Notes under the pieces: generated by a model
The model's database searches: none
What the model was told of the DNA's origin: nothing
Seen by the model: the letters and a program-made list of their open reading frames with translations, nothing else
Made by a program: the position numbers and the translations under genes
Shown here: piece by piece, positions 1 to 8,607 of the stretch
Layout: every line of letters begins with the position of its first letter
Numbering within the stretch: the first letter of the stretch is position 1
From: Chloroflexota bacterium
Lineage (GTDB): Bacteria; Chloroflexota; Dormibacteria; CF-121
Direction: 5' to 3'
Assembly (NCBI GenBank): GCA_005881715.1
Contig: VBEE01000043.1
Coordinates: forward strand, 1,218 to 57,484
Length of the DNA stretch: 56,267 nt

Positions 1-171
1 CGTCAGCCTGAGCGTCCAGCGTCGGCCCAGAGGGCAAGGTCGCGTTCGCCGGGCAGGTCGGCCAGCACGAGGAGCACGCCGTCGAAGGGGCCGTCCGGGT
101 CGGGGTAGGCCAGAACGCGACCAGCGAATTGACCCAGCTGCCGTTCGCGTCGGTCTCCGGCGGTGGTCCGC

Positions 172-1425
172 TCACCGAATCACGTCGAGCCCGCCCATAT
201 AGCTGCGCAGCGCCGTGGGTACCCGGATAGTACCGTCCTCCTGCTGATAATTCTCGAGGATCGCGACCACCGTGCGCGGCAGGGCCAGGCCGGAGCCATT
301 GAGCGTGTGCACGAAGTCGACCTTTCCGTCTTTGCGCCGGTACCGGATGTTTGCGCGGCGTGCCTGGAAGTCGTTGTAGTTCGAGCAGGATGACACCTCG
401 AGGAAGCGATTCTCGCCGGGGGACCAGGCCTCGAGGTCGTACGTCTTCGACTGCCCGAATCCCATGTCGCCGGTGCACAGCAGGATCAGGCGATAGGGCA
501 GCTCCAGCCGCTGCAGGACATCTTCGGCATCCTTCACGAGCAGTTCGAGCTCCGCGCTGGAACGCTCTGGCTCCACGAACTTGACGAGCTCGACCTTGTT
601 GAACTGATGCAATCGGATATAGCCGCGGGTGTCCTTCCCGGCGGCCCCGGCCTCACTCCGAAAATTCGTGGACCAGGCGACGTGCTTGATCGGGAGCGCC
701 GAGGCCGCCAGGATCTCCTCCCGGTACATATTCGTCACCGGAACCTCGGCGGTCGGGACCAGGAAGAGATCCTTCTTCTCGATCCGGAACGCATCGTCCT
801 CGAACTTCGGGAGCTGACCGGTTCCGGTCATCGCCGCGCGGTTCAGCAGGAAGGGTGGAAAGACCTCGGCGTACTCGTGCTCGCGGACGTGCAGGTCGAT
901 CATGAAGTTCATCAAGGCGCGCTCGAGCCTGGCCCCGGCACCCTTCAAGAAATAGAACCGCGAGGTCGCGACCTTGACGCCGCGCTCGAAATCGAAAAGG
1001 CCAAGGCGTTCACCGAGCTCGTAATGCGACCTGGGCGTGAACGCGAGTTTCCGGTCGAGCCCCGACTCCCGGATGGTGGGGTTGGCTGACGAATCTTTGC
1101 CCTCCGGCACCGACGGGTCGGGAAGATTTGGCACCTCGAGGAGCAACGCATTGAGGTGGGCATCGATCGGCGCCAGTTTTTGCTCGAGGGCTTTCACCTC
1201 ATCCTTCAGCCCGCGCAGCGCGTCGATGGCCGCCTGGTCTCGGGCTTTGGCCATCGCGGCGGACCGCCGATTTTGCTCCGCCTTGAGCTGCTCGAGCCTC
1301 GTCAGGGTCTCCCGTCGTTGCGCGTCGAGTCGCACGATCTCATCGACGGGGGCGGGCTCTCCCTTTTTGCGGGCGCCGTCCTTGACGAGATCCGGATGTT
1401 CCCGGATGAAGCTAAGGCTCAGCAT
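172..1425 (-). CDS. serS: seryl-tRNA synthetase
   Basis: 417-aa ORF starting [14 protein letters not shown]. It has a long N-terminal coiled-coil arm followed by a class II aaRS core ([43 protein letters not shown]). ATG start. Confidence 0.95.
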   Translation of the reverse strand: MLSLSFIREHPDLVKDGARKKGEPAPVDEIVRLDAQRRETLTRLEQLKAEQNRRSAAMAKARDQAAIDALRGLKDEVKALEQKLAPIDAHLNALLLEVPNLPDPSVPEGKDSSANPTIRESGLDRKLAFTPRSHYELGERLGLFDFERGVKVATSRFYFLKGAGARLERALMNFMIDLHVREHEYAEVFPPFLLNRAAMTGTGQLPKFEDDAFRIEKKDLFLVPTAEVPVTNMYREEILAASALPIKHVAWSTNFRSEAGAAGKDTRGYIRLHQFNKVELVKFVEPERSSAELELLVKDAEDVLQRLELPYRLILLCTGDMGFGQSKTYDLEAWSPGENRFLEVSSCSNYNDFQARRANIRYRRKDGKVDFVHTLNGSGLALPRTVVAILENYQQEDGTIRVPTALRSYMGGLDVIR

Positions 1426-2905
1426 GCCGGGCGCGCAGATGCGGAAACAGGATCACATCGCGGATGGAGGGCTGGTCGGTCAGGATGGCCGCGAGCCGGT
1501 CGACGCCCAGGCCCATGCCGCCGGTCGGCGGGAAGCCGTATTCGAGCGCCGTGAGGAAGTCTTCATCCATCGGGTGGGTCTCGTCGTCACCGGCGGCGCG
1601 CGCGCGCGCCTGGTCCTCGAAGCGAGCCCGCTGATCGTCCGGGTCGTTCAACTCTGAGAACGCATTGGCGATCTCCTCGCCGGCAATGAACAGCTCGAAA
1701 CGATCGGTCAGCCGTGGATCGCTCGATCGCCGCCGGGCCAGCGGCGAAACTTCGACCGGATGGCCCAGCACGAAGGTGGGCTGCACTAGCGTGTCCTGCA
1801 CCAGCTCCTCGAACAGCTCGGCGATCAGCCCTCCCCAACCGAGCCCGGGCTTCGGCTGGATGCCATGTTTCTGGATCAGCCCCTGCAGGGTTGGCACGTC
1901 AGCCTTGAGCAGGTCTTCGCCGACCACCCGGCTGACTGCCTCTACCATCTCGACCCGCGCGAACGGACGGCTGAAGCGAATCTCCTGGCCCTGGTACTGA
2001 ATCGTCGGGGTTCCCCTGACCCGCTCGACGAGGTGAATGACGAGCGATTCGGTGAGCTCCATCATCCCCTCCACGTCGGTGTAGGCCTGGTACAGCTCCA
2101 GCATCGTGTACTCGGGGCTGTGCCACTGATCCATTCCTTCATTGCGGAAGATCCGCCCGATCTCGTAGACCCGGTCGAAGCCGCCGATGATCAATCGCTT
2201 GAGGTAGAGCTCCAGCGCGATCCGCAGATACAGGTCCATGTCGAGCGCATTGTGGTGGGTTCGAAACGGCCGGGCCGCGGCCCCACCCGCCATCGCCTGC
2301 AGCACGGGCGTCTCCACCTCGGTAAAGCCCCGGCCCCGAAGGAACGTCCGGGTCTCTTCCACCAGCCGGCTGCGCGCGAGGAAGACCTCCATCACCTCGG
2401 GGTTGGCAATCAGGTCGAGGTAGCGCTGCCGGTAGCGGAGCTCCTTGTCCTTCAGCCCGTGATATTTCTCGGGTAACGGCCGGAGCGACTTGGCCAGCAG
2501 CACGAAGTCGTCGATCTCGCAGGTGATCTCGCCACGCCTGGTCCGAAACAGCGTGCCGTGCACGCCGATAACATCGCCGAGATCCAGGTCGGTGAAGCGG
2601 CGGTAGGGCTCGGCGCCCAGCTTGTCGACCTTGGCGAGCAGCTGGATCCGCCCGCTGAAGTCCTGGAGGTGGGCGAAGGTCGCCTTGCCCATGACGCGAA
2701 TCGCGACCAGCCGGCCGGCCAGCGCCACGCGCTCGCTGCGGGCCTCGGCGCCGCCAGACTGTTCTACCTGCTCGAAGAGCGCGATCGCCTGCGCGGCGCT
2801 GTGCGTACGGTCGAAGCGGCTCTGGTAGGGCTCGATACCCTGGGAGCGGAGCATCTGCAGCTTCTGCCGTCGCTGCATCTCCTGATCGGTCCGCTCGGCT
2901 TCCAT
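1412..2905 (-). CDS. lysS: lysyl-tRNA synthetase, class II
   Basis: 497-aa ORF with an N-terminal OB-fold region and a class II core ([67 protein letters not shown]). Its 3' end overlaps the serS start by 14 nt. Confidence 0.95.
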   Translation of the reverse strand: MEAERTDQEMQRRQKLQMLRSQGIEPYQSRFDRTHSAAQAIALFEQVEQSGGAEARSERVALAGRLVAIRVMGKATFAHLQDFSGRIQLLAKVDKLGAEPYRRFTDLDLGDVIGVHGTLFRTRRGEITCEIDDFVLLAKSLRPLPEKYHGLKDKELRYRQRYLDLIANPEVMEVFLARSRLVEETRTFLRGRGFTEVETPVLQAMAGGAAARPFRTHHNALDMDLYLRIALELYLKRLIIGGFDRVYEIGRIFRNEGMDQWHSPEYTMLELYQAYTDVEGMMELTESLVIHLVERVRGTPTIQYQGQEIRFSRPFARVEMVEAVSRVVGEDLLKADVPTLQGLIQKHGIQPKPGLGWGGLIAELFEELVQDTLVQPTFVLGHPVEVSPLARRRSSDPRLTDRFELFIAGEEIANAFSELNDPDDQRARFEDQARARAAGDDETHPMDEDFLTALEYGFPPTGGMGLGVDRLAAILTDQPSIRDVILFPHLRARHAEP

Positions 2906-2944
2906 GCCGCGAAAGTCTAAAGGGTGGAGCGCTGACGACCGGCC

Positions 2945-4096
2945 CTAAAGAATGTCGAAGGTGCGCGCAATCATGGGGCGGTCGGGCCGGAATGGATTGT
3001 CCCCGGGGGGCAGGCGACCGGTGATGGCCTCGATCGCGCGCCGGCTGCCGCCGATGCTTCCCATGATGCCGTGTCCGCTGTAGCCGGTGTTCACCGCCAG
3101 CCCGGGGATGGGTGTCGGTCCCAGCAAGGGTCGCCGGTCCGGGGTATAGGTGTACTGCCCCGCCTGAAGCCACCATTGCAACCGCGGCGACCTCCAGACA
3201 TCCTTCCAGAAGGGAACGATTCGCGCCAGCGAGTGGTCGCTGCGCGGATCGAGCAGCCCGAAGGCAAAGGCCGATGATGTCGGAACGTCATCGAGTGGAG
3301 GCTCAGCCGGCGCCGGCGCTGTCCACAACGCGTGGGCGCCCCCGCCTGCCGGGCGCCAGTGCGCGCCAGTCTCGAACTCGATAGTCATCGGTGCGCCGGC
3401 GGGCACCTGGGGGACCTGCGGAATGATCAACTTGTGCCGGCGAACTGTCGCCAGCGGCAGATCCAGGCGGGCGAGTTTCGCCACCGGACCCGACAGTGGG
3501 CCGGCGGCAATCACGACCCAATCGGCCTGCACTGGAGCCGCGGTCGTGGTCACACCCCGCACCCGGTCACCTTCCACGATGAAACCGGTCGCGGTCACGC
3601 CGGTATCGAAGCGGGCGCCGCTCGCCCGCGCCAGCTCCAGGGCCAGCCGGCGTGGCTCCAGCCAGCCGTCACCCTGGCGAAAGCGGGCGTTCACGATATC
3701 CGCGCCCAGGTAGGGAAAGCGCTGCCGCGCCTCGGCGCCGCTCAGCAGCTCGACATCGGTCAGGCCCCATCGGCGCTGCGCCGCGACCAGGTTCGCCTGG
3801 ATCTGGGCACCCTCATCCGTTGCCGCGACGAAGAGGTAGCCCTGGTGGGAAAGGCCGATATCCACCCGCTCCTGGAGCTCATCGAAGAAGGCGATGCTTT
3901 CCCTGACCAGCTCGACCTCTTCCGCGTTGTCGAACTGCAGCCGGAAGGCGCCGGTCGCCACCGGGGTGGTGAGGGTTGCCAGCGCCGGGCGCTTCTCGAG
4001 AACGCGCGTCCGAAGCCCGGCGCGCTCCGCAAACAGCGCGGTTGCGCAACCGATGATCCCCCCACCGATGACGACGAGGTCGGCGGTCTCGGCCGC
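2945..4096 (-). CDS. FAD-dependent oxidoreductase (DAO / glycine-D-amino-acid oxidase family)
   Basis: The track ORF 2945..3961 begins at GTG. The same frame continues upstream as AAETADLVVIGGGIIGCATALFAERAGLRTRVLEKRPALATLTTP, a complete Rossmann GxGxxG FAD-binding N-terminus, right up to the greA TAG at 4097..4099. The C-terminal GYSGHGIMGS motif is typical of the DAO family. No ATG/GTG/TTG lies upstream of the motif, so the true start is unresolved. Confidence 0.8.
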   Translation of the reverse strand, partial: AAETADLVVIGGGIIGCATALFAERAGLRTRVLEKRPALATLTTPVATGAFRLQFDNAEEVELVRESIAFFDELQERVDIGLSHQGYLFVAATDEGAQIQANLVAAQRRWGLTDVELLSGAEARQRFPYLGADIVNARFRQGDGWLEPRRLALELARASGARFDTGVTATGFIVEGDRVRGVTTTAAPVQADWVVIAAGPLSGPVAKLARLDLPLATVRRHKLIIPQVPQVPAGAPMTIEFETGAHWRPAGGGAHALWTAPAPAEPPLDDVPTSSAFAFGLLDPRSDHSLARIVPFWKDVWRSPRLQWWLQAGQYTYTPDRRPLLGPTPIPGLAVNTGYSGHGIMGSIGGSRRAIEAITGRLPPGDNPFRPDRPMIARTFDIL

Positions 4097-4564
4097 CTAG
4101 CGAACCTCGACGATCAGCATCTTGGTGGACCCGCCAGGAGTCAGTACCGAAACATCGTCACCGACGCGTTTGCCCAGCAGAGCCTTGCCGACCGGCGACT
4201 CGAGCGAGATCCGACCCTTACTCGGCTCCGCCTCGGCCGAGCCGACGATCGTGAACGCCTCGTCGCCGTAGTCGTCATGGACCTTGACGGTCGAGCCCAC
4301 CTCGACAATCCCCTTGACGTGCTTGCCCTCGATGATGCTGGCGTTGCGGATCAGCTTCTCCAGCAAGAGGATGCGGCCCTCGACGAAGCCCTGCTCATTC
4401 TTCGCGTCGTCGTATTCGGCGTTTTCGTTGATATCGCCAAATTCCTTCGCCTGCCGGATTCGCTCGGCAACCTCGGGGCGGCGCTTATTGCGAAGCACTT
4501 CGAGCTCCGCCTGCAGGCGGTTCAGGCCCTCCTGGGTGATGTAGACAACCTTGTCGTTTTCCAT
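4097..4564 (-). CDS. greA: transcription elongation factor GreA
   Basis: The last 155 aa of the 270-aa track ORF read MENDKVVYITQEGLNRLQAELEVLRNKRRPEVAERIRQAKEFGDINENAEYDDAK..., a typical GreA coiled-coil plus C-terminal domain. AGGGAG lies 4 nt upstream of the ATG at 4564. The upstream part of the track ORF is Arg/Gly filler. Confidence 0.9.
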   Translation of the reverse strand: MENDKVVYITQEGLNRLQAELEVLRNKRRPEVAERIRQAKEFGDINENAEYDDAKNEQGFVEGRILLLEKLIRNASIIEGKHVKGIVEVGSTVKVHDDYGDEAFTIVGSAEAEPSKGRISLESPVGKALLGKRVGDDVSVLTPGGSTKMLIVEVR

Positions 4565-4638
4565 GATTCTCCCTTTCTGGAACCGGCGTACGGCTCCGTA
4601 GAGCCGCCGTATTATACGAGATTGATAAAGCCAGTTCG

Positions 4639-5103
4639 CTAGCGCGAAATCTGAATCGCCAGCGGTGGCAGATTCTCGCGCACCCGGGCACCGGCGCCCA
4701 TCGGGAGCACGACAAGGAAGAGGCCATGAACGGTATAGGTCCCCGCCGCCAGCTTGCTCGAGGTCGGCCAGTCGGCGGTGAATTCCGCTGTCTCCCCCGC
4801 CGCCAGCGTCTTGTGGCCGAAGGCCATGCACTGGATGGCGGGGACCGGCTGCGCCCAGACCTGCTGATGCTGGCTGTCCTCGGCCCAGATGTGAAGCGTC
4901 TGGACACAACCAATCTCGTAGTCGATCGGCCCCGTCACGGTCAGGGTGAGATGGACGCTGGCGCCGGCGGCCAGCCGGGCCGGGGTTGCCTGCGCGTAGA
5001 ACGGCCCGTTGGTGCCGGACACGGTGCCGCCCGCGCCCGGGCCGGCGGCCTGGGCGCCGCAGCCGGCCAGCACGATGGCGAGCAGCAGGAAGATTCGGTT
5101 CAC
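4639..5103 (-). CDS. small secreted lipoprotein, unknown function
   Basis: The GTG at 5103 gives VNRIFLLLAIVLAGCGAQ, a signal peptide with an LAGC lipobox, followed by a ~130-aa beta-rich domain. The rest of the 271-aa track ORF overlaps the dus 3' end and looks non-coding. The exact start is uncertain because there is no clear SD. Confidence 0.6.
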   Translation of the reverse strand: MNRIFLLLAIVLAGCGAQAAGPGAGGTVSGTNGPFYAQATPARLAAGASVHLTLTVTGPIDYEIGCVQTLHIWAEDSQHQQVWAQPVPAIQCMAFGHKTLAAGETAEFTADWPTSSKLAAGTYTVHGLFLVVLPMGAGARVRENLPPLAIQISR

Positions 5104-5215
5104 CTCGGTATGACGGTGGAGGAGGTGGAAAAGTTCCGGCAACGGATGGTCAGTGCTGGACCGGCGAAACCCTATTCGGACCTGCGGCCCCGTGCCGGGT
5201 CGTTCAGGTAATCGG

Positions 5216-6223
5216 TCAGGCCGCTTCGCTGGAGGCCGAACCGTCGTCGAAGGTATCGGCGTCCGACCGGTAAGCCCCGGGATCGATCGCCTGCGCACGC
5301 TCCAGGACCTCAGCGACATCCTCCGGACTGCACACCGACTGGACCATCGTCCGGAGTCGGGCTGCGCCTGGGAAGCCCCGCAGACCCCAAGCGATGAACT
5401 TGCGAAGCAGCCGGGGCCCCCGCTCCGCGCCGTAATAGTCGAGGACCAGGTCACCGTGCCGTCGGATCAGCGCGATCTGCTCTGTCCAGGAGAGATCCGG
5501 GATCACCTCGCCAGTGGTCAGGCGAGCCACCGTTTGCCGCACCAGCCACAGGTTGCCCAGGATGCCGCGACCCAGCATCACGGCGTCGACGCCGCTCTCC
5601 CGGATGCGGCGGACGCTGTCGTCCGCCGTCCGCAGGTCACCGCTGCCCGCCACCGGGATCCCGACGGCGGCCCGGACCTGCGTGATCGCGGCCCAGTCCG
5701 CGAACGGGTCATATCGCTGGGCGCGCGTCCGACCGTGCACCGCCAGGCCCTGGATACCGGTGGCCTCCAGCCGGGTGGCCATCTCGAGGAAGTTCCGGGT
5801 ACCGGCGTCCCATCCGAGGCGGATCTTGGCCGTCACCGGAACGGCGACCGCTCCAACGACGGCCTCACTCACGCGGCAGGCCCGATCGGGATCGCGCAGC
5901 AAGGACGAGCCGCCTGACGTCTTGACAACTTTGGGCACCGGGCAGCCCATATTGATGTCGACGATGTCGGCGCCGGCCGCCTCCGCCATCACGCCCGGAT
6001 CGCCGCCCATCAACTGCACCGAGACCGGCCGCTGATCCCAACCGAGGTCCATCAGCCGGAACGATTCCCGATGCCGCCGGACGAGCGCCTCGCTGCTGAT
6101 CATCTCGGTACAGGCCAGCCCGGCGCCGAACTCCCGGGCGATCTTGCGGAAGGGCGCATCCGTGACGCCCGCCATCGGGGCCACGTACACAGGCGAGGTC
6201 AGCGCAGACGAGCCGATTTTCAC
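5216..6223 (-). CDS. dus: tRNA-dihydrouridine synthase
   Basis: 335-aa ORF. The N-terminus VYVAPMAGVTDAPFRKIAREFGAGLACTEMISSEAL, then DINMGCP and the TIM-barrel layout, are typical of the Dus family. Confidence 0.9.
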   Translation of the reverse strand: MKIGSSALTSPVYVAPMAGVTDAPFRKIAREFGAGLACTEMISSEALVRRHRESFRLMDLGWDQRPVSVQLMGGDPGVMAEAAGADIVDINMGCPVPKVVKTSGGSSLLRDPDRACRVSEAVVGAVAVPVTAKIRLGWDAGTRNFLEMATRLEATGIQGLAVHGRTRAQRYDPFADWAAITQVRAAVGIPVAGSGDLRTADDSVRRIRESGVDAVMLGRGILGNLWLVRQTVARLTTGEVIPDLSWTEQIALIRRHGDLVLDYYGAERGPRLLRKFIAWGLRGFPGAARLRTMVQSVCSPEDVAEVLERAQAIDPGAYRSDADTFDDGSASSEAA

Positions 6224-6238
6224 GGGCCTATCAGCCTA

Positions 6239-6442
6239 TCAGTCTCCGCGACGGAATCGGACCTCGAGCAGGAGGGCGATCACGCCCAGCATCAAGATCA
6301 CACCCACGTTCTGCGGGTTGATGAAAATCGCGAACAAGGTGGCTGCGGCGATGAAGATGGCGGCCGGGTCGCGGATGGGTGGCGTCCGGTCCGGACGAGC
6401 GGGCGGGAGATGCCCGGGCGGCGGCGGGAGCTGGTCAGACAT
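6239..6442 (-). CDS. small Pro-rich two-helix membrane protein (hypothetical)
   Basis: 67-aa ORF with two hydrophobic helices (AAIFIAAATLFAIFI, VGVILMLGVIALLL). Its ATG overlaps the coaX stop (ATGTCTGA), which suggests translational coupling. No recognisable family. Confidence 0.45.
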   Translation of the reverse strand: MSDQLPPPPGHLPPARPDRTPPIRDPAAIFIAAATLFAIFINPQNVGVILMLGVIALLLEVRFRRGD

Positions 6443-7199
6443 TTATGTCGTAGATGAGCCGCAGGCCTTCCAGCATCAGGCGCTGATCCACCAGCTCGAT
6501 CACGGGCGTCTGGGCGGCGATCAGCCCCGCGAACCCGCCGGTGGCGATCACCCGGGGTTGCGCGCCGAGCTCCTTGCGAATACGGTCGACCATCCCCTCC
6601 ACCTGGGCTGTGAATCCGAAGATGATGCCGGCCTGCATGCTCTCGGCGGTGGTGCGCCCGATCACGGTCGCCGGCGCCTTGAGCTCCACCCGCTGCAGCC
6701 GGGCCGCCCGCTCATACAGGGCTTCGACCGAGATGCCCATGCCCGGGGCGATGGCCCCGCCCAGATAGTCGCCCTCCTTCGACACCACGTCATAGGTTGT
6801 CCCGGTGCCGAAGTCGATGATGATCAGCGGCCCGCCGTACTTCTTGAAGGCCGCCATGGCGGCGACGATCCGATCAGCGCCGACCTCCTTCGGATCGCGA
6901 TAGTGGATTTTGAGGCCGGTCTTGACCCCCGGCCCGACCACCAGCGGCTCCCGGTCGAAATAGCGCTCGATCGCCTGCACCAGGGCGCTGTTCAGCGGCG
7001 GGACCACGCTGGCCACCACCACGCCATCGACCGACTTCGGATCGAAGCCGTCCTGCCGGATCAGCTGGACCATCAGCAGACCGAGCTCATCCGGCATGCT
7101 GTCCCGGCGGGTGGCGAGCCGCCAGTCGTGGCGGAGCTGATCGCCCTCGAAAAGCCCGAACGTGAGGTTCGTGTTCCCGAGGTCGATCGCCAGCAACAC
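6435..7199 (-). CDS. coaX: type III pantothenate kinase
   Basis: 254-aa ORF starting MLLAIDLGNTNLTFGLF, followed by GADRIV and IIIDFGTGTTYD, the ASKHA-fold CoaX signatures. Confidence 0.92.
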   Translation of the reverse strand: MLLAIDLGNTNLTFGLFEGDQLRHDWRLATRRDSMPDELGLLMVQLIRQDGFDPKSVDGVVVASVVPPLNSALVQAIERYFDREPLVVGPGVKTGLKIHYRDPKEVGADRIVAAMAAFKKYGGPLIIIDFGTGTTYDVVSKEGDYLGGAIAPGMGISVEALYERAARLQRVELKAPATVIGRTTAESMQAGIIFGFTAQVEGMVDRIRKELGAQPRVIATGGFAGLIAAQTPVIELVDQRLMLEGLRLIYDINV

Positions 7200-7250
7200 G
7201 TCGTCAGTCTACCCGCGGGAATCGCCGGTTTTGGTTTCTACAATGAGTGC

Positions 7251-7529
7251 ATGCTCTCCGCGAAAGGGAATCTGGCCGCGCAGGAGGCGCGGCAGCTTCG
7301 GCCATTCTGGCGCGAGGGCCGCATCATCCGCTGGCCGGCTCGGGAGGGCCGCCGACGGCTGGTCCTGGCGGAGGTGGTGCGAACCTTTCCGCTGGGCCGG
7401 CGGCTGGCCGAGGCGGAAGTCGACACCATCCTGCGATCGATCTGGCCGGACTACTGCCAGCTGCGGCGGGCGCTCGTCGACTACGAGCTGCTCAATCGCA
7501 AAGCCGGTGTCTACTGGCGAATCGGCTAG
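7251..7529 (+). CDS. DUF2087 domain protein
   Basis: The C-terminal 92 aa of the 461-aa track ORF start at ATG 7251. The sequence RPFWREGRIIRWPAREGRRRLVLAEVVRTFPLGRRLAEAEVDTILRSIWPDYCQLRRALVDYELL matches the DUF2087 pattern. The upstream part of that ORF is antisense to coaX. Confidence 0.55.
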   Translation: MLSAKGNLAAQEARQLRPFWREGRIIRWPAREGRRRLVLAEVVRTFPLGRRLAEAEVDTILRSIWPDYCQLRRALVDYELLNRKAGVYWRIG

Positions 7530-8356
7530 TAGACGTCTTCTTTGCGGGTGTCTTCGTCGGCGTCGGGGACTTCGACGTCGTCCTCGGCTGAGTCGACAGT
7601 GTGCATCCCGTCGAGTTCCTCCGCCGGCTCCTCCCCATCCTCATCGGCCTCCTCGACGTCGGCCGTCCGGGTGAGCAACGACTCCTTGGCGTAGGGGCGG
7701 AACTCCTCGCGGCCCTTTTTGATCGTGAAGGATGGGCGGCCGAAGAACTTCGGGTCCTGGTAGGTCTCCCGGACGATCACCTTGATGGCGCCACCCTCGC
7801 AGGTCGCCACCGCGCCCGAATAGCGGTTGCCGCCCTCCAGGAACTTGATCAAGCGCCGCCCCAACGCGTGCTCGAGGTGGCCGAGGTAGACGCCGCGGGC
7901 GGTCTCGACGTTCATCGTATCGCCGTCCACGATCAGCCTCACCGGATCACCGCCGGAAACCTTGCTGCAGGGGTCTCCTTCGGCATGGACGTGCACGGCG
8001 GTCAGGGTCGTCTTGCCGGTCTCCTCGATAAAGGCGTCGACGTCCACTTTCGTCTTTGAGGCCGGCACGGGCTGGCTGCCGCGAAGCGCCTGGAGCTTGG
8101 CCAGGTTCTTGACGGCGATCGGGTTGACCGGATTCATCTTCAGGGTGCTCTTGTAGGCCTCGATCGCGTCGTCCAGCTGGCCGAGCTCGGTGTACGCCTT
8201 CCCCAGGCGGTTCAGGGTGTCCTCATCCGGGCCAAAGCGGTCGATGATGCCGCGGTTGACCTGGACCGCTTCCGTCCATCTGTTCGCCAGGGCCAGCTCG
8301 ATCGCCTCGTCGACGTACTGGGCCCGTGGTTTGATCCGTTCTGCGAATTCCGCCAA
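7526..8356 (-). CDS. tetratricopeptide-repeat protein with acidic C-terminal tail
   Basis: TPR-like helices (LGKAYTELGQLDDAIEAYKSTLKMNPVNPIAVKNLAKL). I prefer the TTG start at 8356 because AGGAGGG sits 6 nt upstream. The track ORF extends to 8470. The C-terminus is Asp/Glu-rich. Confidence 0.7.
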   Translation of the reverse strand: MAEFAERIKPRAQYVDEAIELALANRWTEAVQVNRGIIDRFGPDEDTLNRLGKAYTELGQLDDAIEAYKSTLKMNPVNPIAVKNLAKLQALRGSQPVPASKTKVDVDAFIEETGKTTLTAVHVHAEGDPCSKVSGGDPVRLIVDGDTMNVETARGVYLGHLEHALGRRLIKFLEGGNRYSGAVATCEGGAIKVIVRETYQDPKFFGRPSFTIKKGREEFRPYAKESLLTRTADVEEADEDGEEPAEELDGMHTVDSAEDDVEVPDADEDTRKEDVY

Positions 8357-8501
8357 GGAATGCCCTCCTGAGATGCGCGTATACCCTACGCGCGCTCCAA
8401 AACCATTGTCAAGCCTGCATCGCGAGTTGCTCGGCATCACAACGACCGGCGCTCCGGATGCTTGTGCCACCCCGGGACATTATTAGGTGGTATTAGAAGA
8501 G

Positions 8502-8542
8502 TTGCCCAACTAGTTGCGCCCGGTTGGGCAAGGTTGTATAAA
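8502..8542 (+). promoter_or_regulatory. candidate sigma70-type promoter with overlapping 9-bp inverted repeat upstream of the liv operon
   Basis: TTGCGC (8514..8519), a 17-nt spacer, then TATAAA (8537..8542), about 65 nt upstream of the livJ-like ATG. The inverted repeat TTGCCCAAC (8502..8510) / GTTGGGCAA (8523..8531) brackets the -35 element. This is a hexamer-level prediction only. Confidence 0.3.
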
Positions 8543-8607
8543 GATCACGCCTCGCGGACAGGCAGATCGTAACGCAACTCAAAGCCGAATATGGAAGGAG
8601 GACGTGT

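Noticed and set aside
1-171. A short minus-strand reading frame downstream of serS (…VLAYPDPDGPFDGVLLVLADLPGERDLALWADAGRSG, stop near position 3).
   Set aside because: It looks protein-like, but it is only ~45 codons, has no canonical start after the in-frame stop and no SD, and is cut off by the window edge. It cannot be supported.
4097-4099. Genome-wide TAG reassignment (for example pyrrolysine) as the explanation for the in-frame greA-oxidoreductase junction.
   Set aside because: TAG terminates other well-defined genes here (livG at 13003..13005, livF at 13721..13723, the betaine binding protein at 41987..41989) at the expected C-termini. No pyl genes are visible. Only local read-through or a non-canonical start remains possible.
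3332-4642. 436-aa plus-strand ORF.
   Set aside because: It is antisense to the DAO-family oxidoreductase and greA, both of which are supported by motifs.
6144-7250. The N-terminal 369 aa of the 461-aa plus-strand ORF.
   Set aside because: This part is antisense to coaX and dus. Only the last 92 aa (from ATG 7251) resemble a known domain (DUF2087).
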